From: a phage
Sequence record: PZ386961.1
Strand: one strand, 5' to 3'
Length of the DNA stretch: 64,000 nt
Below the pieces are notes generated by a model. That model worked only from the letters and a program-made list of their open reading frames with translations. It was not told the origin of the DNA and searched no databases. The translations under genes were made by a program, and so were the position numbers. Within the stretch, counting starts at the first letter, position 1. The number at the start of each line of letters is the position of its first letter. Shown here piece by piece: positions 1-7,986 of this stretch.

Positions 1-60
1 TGCTACGTCTTCTTTGTCAGTTGCAATCTGCAATAGTGTGGTTAATTCTACATGTTCCAT
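1..60 (-). CDS. hypothetical protein, N-terminal fragment (gene runs off window start)
   Basis: ATG at 60-58 preceded by the same promoter/leader cassette as neighbouring early genes; only 20 codons inside window. Confidence 0.3.
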   Translation of the reverse strand, partial: MEHVELTTLLQIATDKEDVA

Positions 61-124
61 TTGGAATCTCCTAGTTTAAGGACTTTACTTAGTGGGGAAG
101 GTCATTCCCTCCCCGTTGATTGAT

Positions 125-153
125 AATTTACAGACTTTTGATTGTTTCGTCAA
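125..153 (-). promoter_or_regulatory. sigma70-like promoter (TTGACG-17-TAAATT) with downstream leader hairpin (type A cassette)
   Basis: Minus-strand -35 TTGACG and -10 TAAATT with 17-bp spacer, followed by GGGGAGGG..CCTTCCCC hairpin and AGGAG RBS before ATG at 60. Confidence 0.45.
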
Positions 154-658
154 TATCTTTTTCAATATCTTTTAAAGTTTTTTCTAAGTTCTTGATATTG
201 AAGGATAAACCTTCACCGAGAGTCTTAGAATAGCCACTAGGACGTAAATCATAAAGGCTAATTTGTTCTACATTAAAGAGGCTGACCATTTCACCGCTTA
301 CATCATAAGCTATTGATACAGTATTTTCAGGGGCTTTATAGAACTTGTTTAAGGACTTGATAGAACGTTCATAAGCCATTTTATAACTATTTAAAAGGTC
401 TTTAACGTGGTTGCGAACGTTTTTACACTCATCTAAGTAAATACCTAAGAATAACGGTAATAACTCCGCTACGGCTTGCATAAAGTGAGAGACTACAACG
501 GTTGAAACATTGCGACGATGTACATAATAAGCCCCGTTTTCTGATTTAGTGATGGTTGCAAAGTGTACACCATTACAGCGGAACTCAAAGGTATCTTTAA
601 CAGGCTTAGACATGACACTATTTGAGCGAATGTAGTTGATAGCTTTGAACTTGTTCAT
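128..658 (-). CDS. hypothetical protein
   Basis: 176-aa ORF; conserved leader CCTAAACTGGAGATTCAAAA immediately 5' of ATG; no recognisable motif. Confidence 0.55.
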   Translation of the reverse strand: MNKFKAINYIRSNSVMSKPVKDTFEFRCNGVHFATITKSENGAYYVHRRNVSTVVVSHFMQAVAELLPLFLGIYLDECKNVRNHVKDLLNSYKMAYERSIKSLNKFYKAPENTVSIAYDVSGEMVSLFNVEQISLYDLRPSGYSKTLGEGLSFNIKNLEKTLKDIEKDIDETIKSL

Positions 659-858
659 TTTTGAATCTCCAGTTTAGGAAAGCATTATTGCTTGAGATAA
701 ACTATAAAGTTTTTGGAAGATGATTGCAAGCAATTTTTTAAGCTTATCTATAAAGAATCTTTTAAGTGAATCCCTTTTAGATAAACCCCCTCGAACAAAG
801 TTACCAATGTCAAGGGGTATTGTCAACACTTTTTTAAAAGTTTTTTGTAAGTTATTGA

Positions 859-1200
859 TTAACTGATGAATATTTTTTCAGGTTTTACATAGCTGATACG
901 CTGGCTTTTTAGCAGGTCATCCCAGATTAGCGCGGCAATATGAGAATAGCCGGATTCACGTAAAAGCTTCATTGTTTTACTTCTCGTTTCAAAACGGCTT
1001 GCGTAGTATTCACTGTTCAAGGTCGTTTTATTCCCTTCGTTATCTGTATGGATGATTTGCATCACTTGAAAGGGGCTTACATCCTCGCCTTTGTTCCACT
1101 GCTCAAAGTATTTTAGGCACTGCATAGGCGACATCTTATCACTAACCTGAGTTGACCAAGATGAGCCAGCTTTATCGGTAATTACGGTTACATAAGCCAT
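859..1200 (-). CDS. hypothetical protein
   Basis: 113-aa ORF preceded by type A promoter/leader cassette and AGGAG RBS. Confidence 0.55.
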   Translation of the reverse strand: MAYVTVITDKAGSSWSTQVSDKMSPMQCLKYFEQWNKGEDVSPFQVMQIIHTDNEGNKTTLNSEYYASRFETRSKTMKLLRESGYSHIAALIWDDLLKSQRISYVKPEKIFIS

Positions 1201-1265
1201 TTTTGAATCTCCTAGTTTAAGGACTTTATTTAGTGGGGAAGGTCATTCCCTCCCCGTTAATTGAC

Positions 1266-1294
1266 AATTTACAGATTTTTATCAGGCTTGTCTA
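1266..1294 (-). promoter_or_regulatory. sigma70-like promoter (TAGACA-17-TAAATT), type A cassette
   Basis: Minus-strand -35/-10 hexamers with 17-bp spacer upstream of leader hairpin and gene 859..1200. Confidence 0.45.
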
Positions 1295-1525
1295 GTCTTT
1301 TTCAATGATAATTTCATATTGACCATCAACACTGTCGAAATAGATTCCATCGTCATCTTCTGTCTTAAAGTAGCATTGAATATCATCACTGGCGGGATAG
1401 TCTTGCCTTGCTATCTGGCAAACTTGAATAGCATTTTCTTTACTTCCTGTAAACTCTTCAAGCCCTTTAAAGTCACATGAATGGCCATTACAAAGAGAAA
1501 GGATGAGGTAAATGGTTGTAAGCAT
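1292..1525 (-). CDS. hypothetical small protein with hydrophobic N-terminus
   Basis: 77-aa ORF, N-terminal hydrophobic segment MLTTIYLILSLC. Confidence 0.45.
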   Translation of the reverse strand: MLTTIYLILSLCNGHSCDFKGLEEFTGSKENAIQVCQIARQDYPASDDIQCYFKTEDDDGIYFDSVDGQYEIIIEKD

Positions 1526-1587
1526 GTTTTAAGTCCTCTAAATGGCCCTGTACGGGCCTTAAGTTGGAAATTGGTGCTTTGTATTGG

Positions 1588-2151
1588 TTAGCCTAAAAAG
1601 TCTCTTAGATTGCGTTCTGTGAGGCTGTTAGTAATTTTGTCCAGTAGGTCACAGTACACGGAGCTATCACTGCTATTCTGTACAATTTTTGCAATACTCA
1701 ACAAATCATCGTCAATATAGCCCAAATTGCGGTTAGTTGTATCAGGTACAAAGAAAGGCGCATACATCGCACTAAATTTCGCGGAGTGAATACCAACAAT
1801 CCAGTCTTTATCAAAGTAACCTGTAAAGCTGGCAATTTCGCTCATGTTGTCACAAGAATAATCATCCTCGAGTTCTTCCTCTGGTATATCCATTTCAATA
1901 ACAATCACTTCTTGCGTTTCCATTTGGAAAGCTGCCGTGATAAGCCCCGACTCTAAGGCGTTTTGAATGCAGCGTTCACGGATATAAGGGGCTTCCTCAT
2001 CCTCCAGACATTCCGTTTTGATAACCTTATTCATTGGGTAAACGTATAAACAATCATCCATGTAGGAGCAGTTCCATATTCCGTCCGGCTTATCGCCACC
2101 ATTCAGCATGTTTACAAAGTTTTTCAGAGTAGTGCCGTGATAGCATTTCAT
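1588..2151 (-). CDS. hypothetical acidic protein
   Basis: 187-aa ORF; conserved leader CCTAAACTGGAGATTCTAAA before ATG. Confidence 0.55.
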   Translation of the reverse strand: MKCYHGTTLKNFVNMLNGGDKPDGIWNCSYMDDCLYVYPMNKVIKTECLEDEEAPYIRERCIQNALESGLITAAFQMETQEVIVIEMDIPEEELEDDYSCDNMSEIASFTGYFDKDWIVGIHSAKFSAMYAPFFVPDTTNRNLGYIDDDLLSIAKIVQNSSDSSVYCDLLDKITNSLTERNLRDFLG

Positions 2152-2236
2152 TTTAGAATCTCCAGTTTAGGATTTAGTGGTAAAGTTCTTTATCTGGGGC
2201 TTACTCTATCGAACTATAAGCCCCTTGTAAAGTACT
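2152..2236 (-). promoter_or_regulatory. type B intergenic element: AAAGTACTTT palindrome + GGGGCTTA..TAAGCCCC hairpin + conserved translation-initiation leader
   Basis: Near-identical copies at 2947..3030, 4016..4103 and 4395..4480. Confidence 0.45.
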
Positions 2237-2440
2237 TTATTTGTTATTTTTGACAACTTTTAAAACTGCAAGGTAACCTAAGCAATAAGAATCACCGAAG
2301 AGAGTCCTACCCATGAAAGAATCCTCTTTAATATCCTTTGCAGTGACAGTTTTCTCTACGCCGTGGGAAAGGACTACATCACCAACTTTAATGTCTTTGA
2401 TGTGCGTGGTTTCAATGGTTAAACCGTTGATAATAGCCAT
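2237..2440 (-). CDS. hypothetical protein
   Basis: 67-aa ORF with type A cassette upstream. Confidence 0.5.
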   Translation of the reverse strand: MAIINGLTIETTHIKDIKVGDVVLSHGVEKTVTAKDIKEDSFMGRTLFGDSYCLGYLAVLKVVKNNK

Positions 2441-2504
2441 TTTGAATCTCCTAGTTTAAGGACTTTATTTAGTGGGGAAGGTTGTTCCCTCCCCGTTGAT
2501 GTGT

Positions 2505-2533
2505 AATTTAATCTATCTAAAAACCAGTGTCAA
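2505..2533 (-). promoter_or_regulatory. sigma70-like promoter (TTGACA-17-TAAATT), type A cassette
   Basis: Perfect -35 TTGACA on minus strand, 17-bp spacer, -10 TAAATT, then leader hairpin and AGGAG RBS. Confidence 0.5.
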
Positions 2534-2541
2534 CAAAATTT

Positions 2542-2946
2542 TTAGAGTTCTGCATAAATTGCATCACAGACATCACGAAAATCATGATTTGTCAAATTAC
2601 GTTGCAACCAAGTGGCGAAGAAATCAGCGATTGCAAAATTAGCGTCATACTCGACGGATAGCCATACTTTCACGGCAAATCGAAACATTTTTAAATCAAG
2701 TTCTTTATTCATTACCTTTGATTTGCCTAACATGTCAGCCATTTCATATTGCGCACCGTCTAGCGTGATACCTGCTGCAACGTCAGCCAATGAACTTTTT
2801 ACTTTTTCAACGTCTAAGATAACGCTTTGAATCTTTCCGATAATGTTGTGCAATGTTTCATCTGGTGCTGATGACGTGATAACATTGATTCGATTAACGG
2901 TCAAACGTGCTTTTAAGATTGATAATTCACGATTATTGATAGCCAT
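2542..2946 (-). CDS. hypothetical protein
   Basis: 134-aa ORF; conserved leader CCTAAATTGGAGATTCAAAA before ATG. Confidence 0.55.
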   Translation of the reverse strand: MAINNRELSILKARLTVNRINVITSSAPDETLHNIIGKIQSVILDVEKVKSSLADVAAGITLDGAQYEMADMLGKSKVMNKELDLKMFRFAVKVWLSVEYDANFAIADFFATWLQRNLTNHDFRDVCDAIYAEL

Positions 2947-3030
2947 TTTTGAATCTCCAATTTAGGATTAGTGGTAAAGCTCTTTATCTGGGGCTATCTT
3001 ATCAGCTTGATAACCCCCCTGTAAAGTACT
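2947..3030 (-). promoter_or_regulatory. type B intergenic element (palindrome + GC hairpin + conserved leader)
   Basis: GTAAAGTACTTTAC palindrome at about 3011-3026 adjacent to GGGG..CCCC hairpin. Confidence 0.4.
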
Positions 3031-3303
3031 TTACACTAAATGCAGTTTTTTACCTTTTACTATAATGTAACTCGATGCACTATTGCTGCAAACATCCTGA
3101 TAAATTCTGCGCAAACGTCCTTCATAGTATACTTTCCAGCTAGTTGGAATCTTTTTGCCGTATCCGGTAGCAGTTTTTTGGAGTCCTGCGACTTGCCAAT
3201 CTAAGATATGTTGCTCAGCCTGTAAATCCTCAAAGTGCATCACACCGTCTACATAGTGACGTAGAGTGACATTTAAAGTGCGGCCATTGTTAGTAGTATA
3301 CAT
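3031..3303 (-). CDS. hypothetical protein
   Basis: 90-aa ORF with type A cassette upstream. Confidence 0.5.
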   Translation of the reverse strand: MYTTNNGRTLNVTLRHYVDGVMHFEDLQAEQHILDWQVAGLQKTATGYGKKIPTSWKVYYEGRLRRIYQDVCSNSASSYIIVKGKKLHLV

Positions 3304-3367
3304 TTTAGAATCTCCTAGTTTAAGGACTTTATTTAGTGGGGGAGATTATTGCTCCCCGTTGATGAGT

Positions 3368-3396
3368 AATTTAATCTATCTAAAAATCAGTGTCAA
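3368..3396 (-). promoter_or_regulatory. sigma70-like promoter (TTGACA-17-TAAATT), type A cassette
   Basis: Same architecture as 2505..2533; hairpin GGGGGAG..CTCCCC in leader. Confidence 0.5.
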
Positions 3397-3725
3397 CAGT
3401 TTTGTTTTCGTTTGCTCAACTCTTGAACAATTACAGTATGATAGTCTTTTAAGTCACTAATATTTAAAGCATTTATCAGAGAATTATAATCATCGACTAA
3501 TTGAAAATCATCTTTGAAAATGTCGCTGATTTGATAAGTTCTCGCCCTGAATCTGAAGCTCATTTCTAACCGCTTTAATTGTTCATCGCTCAACCGCTCT
3601 AGAAAGCTCATTACAAGGCTATTGCTAACCTGTTGTGTGATTGCCTTATTTGCTAGATTATAGGCTTTATATGCCTTATAGAGCGCGAAAATGGCAATGA
3701 TTGCAGTGATACCAGTCATTAACAT
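3393..3725 (-). CDS. hypothetical membrane protein
   Basis: 110-aa ORF; N-terminal transmembrane-like segment GITAIIAIFALY. Confidence 0.5.
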   Translation of the reverse strand: MLMTGITAIIAIFALYKAYKAYNLANKAITQQVSNSLVMSFLERLSDEQLKRLEMSFRFRARTYQISDIFKDDFQLVDDYNSLINALNISDLKDYHTVIVQELSKRKQNC

Positions 3726-4015
3726 GGTGCTTCCTCTTTACGTGACACTTTGCCATTTACAGTTATCTCATAAGAATCTAGTAAATCGCTTTTAGATTTG
3801 ACAGGACTTTTAAGAGTATCATCGTAGATATTGACTTGCAATACAGGTTTTTTATACTCCCTGCAACTATTCCATAAGCAAATCACTACACGACGACCTT
3901 TTATTTTGCCGTGTAACCATTCCATAACATCATGACTATTCCTTGATGTTTCAATAAAATCAATTTTGTTAAGTAACTTGCTTAGATTTTCACGGACTTT
4001 ATTTGATAGTTTCAT
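3719..4015 (-). CDS. hypothetical protein
   Basis: 98-aa ORF; conserved leader before ATG. Confidence 0.5.
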   Translation of the reverse strand: MKLSNKVRENLSKLLNKIDFIETSRNSHDVMEWLHGKIKGRRVVICLWNSCREYKKPVLQVNIYDDTLKSPVKSKSDLLDSYEITVNGKVSRKEEAPC

Positions 4016-4103
4016 TTTTGAAACTCCAGTTTAGGATTAGTGGTAAAGCTCTTTATCTGGGGGCTTAAGGTATCAACTTTTAAGCCCCTTGTAAAGTACT
4101 TTA
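4016..4103 (-). promoter_or_regulatory. type B intergenic element
   Basis: GGGGGCTTAAGG..TTTTAAGCCCC hairpin followed by TTGTAAAGTACTTTA. Confidence 0.4.
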
Positions 4104-4394
4104 TCAGTTAATTTTCAGCTTTGCATGACTTCTCATTGTACGAATTGGAGATGTTAAGGCTACGCGTCTAATATATGCCTTTTTCGTGTATACATTTGTC
4201 TTTCCGATAGTGTTTACACATGTAAAAAGATTTATTGGTGAATTTTTTAACTTCAACTGTTTATCAGCCTTCACACCCCATCTTACAGCAGATTGTTTTC
4301 CGTTGTCAACCACTTTCCCGCCTAACTTTTTCGCCATGATGCGAGCGTCATCACGAGTTTTTACAGGAATTACAACGTTTTTGATAGTAGCCAT
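4104..4394 (-). CDS. hypothetical basic protein
   Basis: 96-aa ORF; conserved leader before ATG. Confidence 0.5.
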   Translation of the reverse strand: MATIKNVVIPVKTRDDARIMAKKLGGKVVDNGKQSAVRWGVKADKQLKLKNSPINLFTCVNTIGKTNVYTKKAYIRRVALTSPIRTMRSHAKLKIN

Positions 4395-4480
4395 TTTTGA
4401 ATCTCCAATTTAGGATTTAGTGGTAAAGCTCTTTATCTGGGGGCTTACTTTATCGAACTATAAGCCCCTTGTAAAGTACT
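4395..4480 (-). promoter_or_regulatory. type B intergenic element
   Basis: Almost identical to 2152..2236. Confidence 0.4.
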
Positions 4481-4687
4481 TTATTTGTCGTAGTAGTAAA
4501 TCGCTGTCTGCCTTGTAAATTTCTTAGTGTTTCTTGTAAGGTAACAATCAGATTTGATTGCCGTTTCTACATAGTTGCAATAGTCAGCTTCTGATATTCT
4601 GGACCATACGCCACAGATTTGCATGTAAAAACGTTTTCCCTTTGTGTTAACGTTAGTTGTAACTATCAATTCACGGTAGTAAGTCAT
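4481..4687 (-). CDS. hypothetical protein
   Basis: 68-aa ORF, overlaps next gene by 4 nt (coupled). Confidence 0.45.
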   Translation of the reverse strand: MTYYRELIVTTNVNTKGKRFYMQICGVWSRISEADYCNYVETAIKSDCYLTRNTKKFTRQTAIYYYDK

Positions 4688-4875
4688 TTTTTAATACTCC
4701 ACTTTTCGAACAATTCAGCAGGGAAACGTTCGCTATATCCTTTTAGGGAAAATGTACCGTCTTCGTGGATAGCTTCCACCTGATAAACCTTGTAAGAGCG
4801 AATAGTTAACATTTTGTAAGAGTGTTCATATTTTACGTTAACCTCATCGCCAACTTTGATTTTTCTTGATGCCAT
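4684..4875 (-). CDS. hypothetical protein
   Basis: 63-aa ORF; RBS CTGGAG; promoter at 4926..4954. Confidence 0.5.
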   Translation of the reverse strand: MASRKIKVGDEVNVKYEHSYKMLTIRSYKVYQVEAIHEDGTFSLKGYSERFPAELFEKWSIKK

Positions 4876-4925
4876 TTTTAGATTCTCCAGTTTAGGAAGT
4901 GGGCTTGTTTGCCCGTCTGATGCAA

Positions 4926-4954
4926 ATATTACGTAAACCTGTTTTGTGTGTCAA
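4926..4954 (-). promoter_or_regulatory. sigma70-like promoter (TTGACA-17-TAATAT)
   Basis: Minus-strand hexamers with 17-bp spacer, followed by GGGC..GCCC leader hairpin. Confidence 0.5.
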
Positions 4955-5128
4955 CAGTTTTTATTAAATATTTTTGTAAGGTTGGGAAAGGAACGGGCGC
5001 GCGCGACTACCACAAAACAGAACTACAATCAAGAATTATTTTTCAATCCGCTACAAATTTTTCTGTTGACTTTTATTTCCAGATGTGGTAGCCTTGTGAG
5101 AAATGGCGACATCCCCACCTGCACCCAC

Positions 5129-5311
5129 CTACCTGCACAATTCTAAAATGATTTTTCTTGCCCGACCTGAGCGGGGTCTGCACGTTTTGAAAATGAAAAA
5201 GCTCTTTGGAGATTACCTGCACAGTTTGAAAATGAATTTTCTCTTTGGAGTTCAAAATTCTCTCTACAGATTTCTCTACAGAACTCTACCTGCACAATCC
5301 TAAAATGAAAA
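5129..5311. repeat. four iteron-like direct repeats (about 22 bp, TACCTGCACA-N-T-AAAATGA core) in a 505-bp noncoding region
   Basis: Copies at about 5129, 5176, 5214 and 5287; the region also holds a GCGCGCGCG run and tandem TCTCTACAGA. Confidence 0.6.
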
Positions 5312-5381
5312 AGCCCTCCTTACCTGAAAAATTTACCAGATAAGTAAGGCTTAATCTATTGTGAATATTCTACAGAGTTTC

Positions 5382-6167
5382 TTAGTTCTTTGCGTCTAAG
5401 AAGGTAACTTCTGATGATGAGAAGACCGTCTCGATATCCTCATCAGTTCTTGCATAGATATATGTATCTGCATCACTGCCAAATGTTACTGCAATCCTGT
5501 GATTGCTCTTCGACAGGTGGGTAACTAGAGCGTTACTTAGAGACATCTTTTCAACCGGAGGGTTACTTTGATGTATCTTACCTTTTCTTCGTCTGAAGAG
5601 GGTAACTGCATTATCCGTGAACACAACTACACCTGCAAAGTATTCTGGTTCACAGTAGTTCTTCCAACCTGAGCGTAACTTGTGGTACATCTCTCCTTCA
5701 TAGACATATAGATAAACATCTACACTCTTCATCACCTGATTGATGATAACTGTGACGGCTTGAGGGTCCAACCCACCGATACCTGCACCAATCATAGGTA
5801 AACCAACTTTCTTCAACTGATTAACTTCACAGTATCTGTTAAGCTGTTTCAAAGATGACTCTAAAGCACTGTATCGGGCATCTTTACCAGTCTTAAGCTG
5901 AGTGTAAAGGTTAGCTATACGACCTTGTTTTAAACGTGCTACAGAGAAATTACCCAGTAAATTTTCACAGGGTTTGTGTCCTATACCACCTGCATACAGA
6001 TAAACTTCTGTATCGGTCTCATATGCTTTTGGGTAAAGTTTAGAAATCTTGTCAGCGATACCTGCACCCATTAAATTCATACAGTTGCAACCGTGACCGA
6101 TGATGTCAAACTTACCTTTATCAAATGCGGCAAAGATATCACCATTAATTATTTTTACAATACCCAT
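5382..6167 (-). CDS. macrodomain protein, TARG1/OARD1/Poa1p-like (ADP-ribose hydrolase family) with unknown C-terminal domain
   Basis: Motifs NGDIF, DIIGHGCNCMNLMGAGIA and GLPMIGAGIGGLD match TARG1 GDLF / AHCISEDCRMGAGIA / PRIGCGLD; RBS GGGAGAG; 261 aa. Confidence 0.7.
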   Translation of the reverse strand: MGIVKIINGDIFAAFDKGKFDIIGHGCNCMNLMGAGIADKISKLYPKAYETDTEVYLYAGGIGHKPCENLLGNFSVARLKQGRIANLYTQLKTGKDARYSALESSLKQLNRYCEVNQLKKVGLPMIGAGIGGLDPQAVTVIINQVMKSVDVYLYVYEGEMYHKLRSGWKNYCEPEYFAGVVVFTDNAVTLFRRRKGKIHQSNPPVEKMSLSNALVTHLSKSNHRIAVTFGSDADTYIYARTDEDIETVFSSSEVTFLDAKN

Positions 6168-6368
6168 TTAACATCTCTCCCAAGATTCTTTGTCTTCTGA
6201 AGGTTTTACACGTTGTCCTTCGTGGTCTACCCAGATGCACCCACAACCTTCACAGATTACTGGCATTGCATAACCAGCTTTAAAGTCATCTTCAGTGATA
6301 AGACCTTTTAAGTCACCTGTATCACGTCCGAACATTTCGATAGAACAGTCTTTGCAGAAGTCAGCCAT
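6168..6368 (-). CDS. small Cys-rich (zinc-ribbon-like) protein
   Basis: Internal start MADFCKDC with AAGAGG RBS; CxxC...CEGCGC; stop abuts the macrodomain gene start. Confidence 0.45.
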   Translation of the reverse strand: MADFCKDCSIEMFGRDTGDLKGLITEDDFKAGYAMPVICEGCGCIWVDHEGQRVKPSEDKESWERC

Positions 6369-6588
6369 TGATAATTGCCTCTTGAATGATGATACCTTTA
6401 CCACAACGGCTTTTAAAGTCTTCCAACGGTTGGGAGATGAAGCCACGCAAGCAATCACTAAACACTAAGTTTTTCCTGTAGGCTATCACATCGTTTGCTG
6501 TAAACGGGATGACTTCATTTCTTCCAATGAATACTGCTGACCGGATGAGTTTCCGTGTCTTTTTATCTCTGGCTAGAATTACTCTCAT
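6361..6588 (-). CDS. hypothetical protein
   Basis: 75-aa ORF in tightly packed operon. Confidence 0.45.
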   Translation of the reverse strand: MRVILARDKKTRKLIRSAVFIGRNEVIPFTANDVIAYRKNLVFSDCLRGFISQPLEDFKSRCGKGIIIQEAIING

Positions 6589-6889
6589 AGTTTACCTTCT
6601 CAGTTAGCTCATATAAATCAACATGCTCAATACTATCAATGTTGATATCAATCTTTTTGAAGCGTTCTATCACTTCGTTGTCAGTCATCCATATCAGACA
6701 CCAATGATTCTGAATGGATTCTTCAAGAAGGTCAACACAATCTTTAAAAGTTTTTGTATCACTTCTCGTTCCAACTACTGCGATTGTTCCATATAGCCAC
6801 CCACCATTGCCATAAGATACTTGCGCTACGCCAACTTCTTTACCTTTCTCGTAGTAAACGGCTACAAAGTCTCTTCCATTAATCTGCAT
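6563..6889 (-). CDS. hypothetical protein
   Basis: ORF 6563..6928; start moved to internal ATG at 6889, which has an AGAGGA RBS. Confidence 0.45.
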   Translation of the reverse strand: MQINGRDFVAVYYEKGKEVGVAQVSYGNGGWLYGTIAVVGTRSDTKTFKDCVDLLEESIQNHWCLIWMTDNEVIERFKKIDINIDSIEHVDLYELTEKVNYESNSSQR

Positions 6890-7193
6890 TTGTAAGTTCC
6901 TCTGTTGGTAATTCACCATTTTCAGCAAAGTATTGAAGGTACGGCAACAACTCTTTTACCTGTTCTTGATTGAGCTTCATTCTTTGATTACCTACAAAAT
7001 CTTTACCAACTAATGCTGGGATATCAAGTGTTTTCCAGCCACCATCTAGGTACTGAACAGAGACCTCTTTAGCACCTAACCAAATACATGGTTCATATGA
7101 TGAACTCTCTTGTAAAGTACAAATTTCCCCTTTAGCATCTTTAAATTCTGCATAAGAAAATCCACGATTGGTTGGCTGGAATTGCATAATCAT
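6879..7193 (-). CDS. hypothetical protein
   Basis: 104-aa ORF; true start may be the third codon (GAGGA RBS). Confidence 0.45.
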   Translation of the reverse strand: MIMQFQPTNRGFSYAEFKDAKGEICTLQESSSYEPCIWLGAKEVSVQYLDGGWKTLDIPALVGKDFVGNQRMKLNQEQVKELLPYLQYFAENGELPTEELTNAD

Positions 7194-7462
7194 TTCCTCG
7201 TTTTAAGAACTGCTAAGATTTCTTTAGAATCTGGTAAGAACCATGTGTAGTGATTCTCTTTGATTTCTGGATGAGTGTCAACCTTTATTTTGCACTCTTT
7301 ACCAACATGCTTAAGCTGTGCTGTGATACCTTGCATAAAGATGTGACACATTACATTATCCATAATCGTAGGTAAGAAATCAATCCTCATGTAAGTATCT
7401 TTCGGTCTCGGTAGAAGTAAGTAACCTTCTGTGTAGAAAGTTTCATCATTACTTTGTGTCAT
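7190..7462 (-). CDS. hypothetical protein
   Basis: 90-aa ORF, 4-nt overlap with downstream gene. Confidence 0.45.
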   Translation of the reverse strand: MTQSNDETFYTEGYLLLPRPKDTYMRIDFLPTIMDNVMCHIFMQGITAQLKHVGKECKIKVDTHPEIKENHYTWFLPDSKEILAVLKTRK

Positions 7463-7728
7463 TACTGCTTATTCCCTAATAAAATCATATCAATCAAGTT
7501 GTTAGCTTTCATAGTACACTGATAGTACCCGTCACGATAAAACTCAATGGCTTCTGATAAGTCTGCACCAGTGTTACCTTTGACAGCATATCTTACATCT
7601 TCCTGAGTGTACTTATCACTTTCACTTACTTGGGAGTTTTTGAATGTATTGCTCACTTTGTTCGTTGAACACCCTGACATAGTTATCAGTAACACAAACA
7701 TTATAAAACTCTGGCTTAGTCTTTTCAT
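7462..7728 (-). CDS. putative lipoprotein, o-spanin (Rz1)-like
   Basis: Signal peptide with lipobox-like ITMSGC; overlaps the 3' part of the upstream membrane protein gene in another frame. Confidence 0.4.
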   Translation of the reverse strand: MKRLSQSFIMFVLLITMSGCSTNKVSNTFKNSQVSESDKYTQEDVRYAVKGNTGADLSEAIEFYRDGYYQCTMKANNLIDMILLGNKQ

Positions 7729-7969
7729 ATGTCAGTACCTCTTTTGTGTGCTTATTCTTAGCAAGCACGTCTTTCAAATCATTTTTGTAATTGGTGCTCA
7801 GTGTAGCTAATCCTTCCTGATAAGCATCTTTAGCAACACTTATTAGCTTCTGGTTGTTTAGCTCAGTTTCAGCAACTTGGTAGTCTCTGTAAGAGTATCC
7901 TCCCCAGACACCTGCCCCAACTAAGAAAACAATTATGAAAGTAGCTTGACAGAACTCTTTAAATGTCAT
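7622..7969 (-). CDS. putative i-spanin (Rz)-like membrane protein
   Basis: N-terminal TM segment ATFIIVFLVGAGVWGGY then charged/coiled region; overlapping lipoprotein gene embedded at 3' end. Confidence 0.4.
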   Translation of the reverse strand: MTFKEFCQATFIIVFLVGAGVWGGYSYRDYQVAETELNNQKLISVAKDAYQEGLATLSTNYKNDLKDVLAKNKHTKEVLTYEKTKPEFYNVCVTDNYVRVFNEQSEQYIQKLPSK

Positions 7970-7986
7970 TTAACAATCTCCTGAAA

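Noticed and set aside
2612-2830. Plus-strand ORFs embedded antisense within minus-strand genes (e.g. 2612..2830, 14047..14580, 36686..37075, 48269..48550, 50562..50843)
   Set aside because: They lie entirely inside longer, motif-supported genes on the opposite strand, lack RBS context and have low-complexity or skewed composition; treated as spurious.
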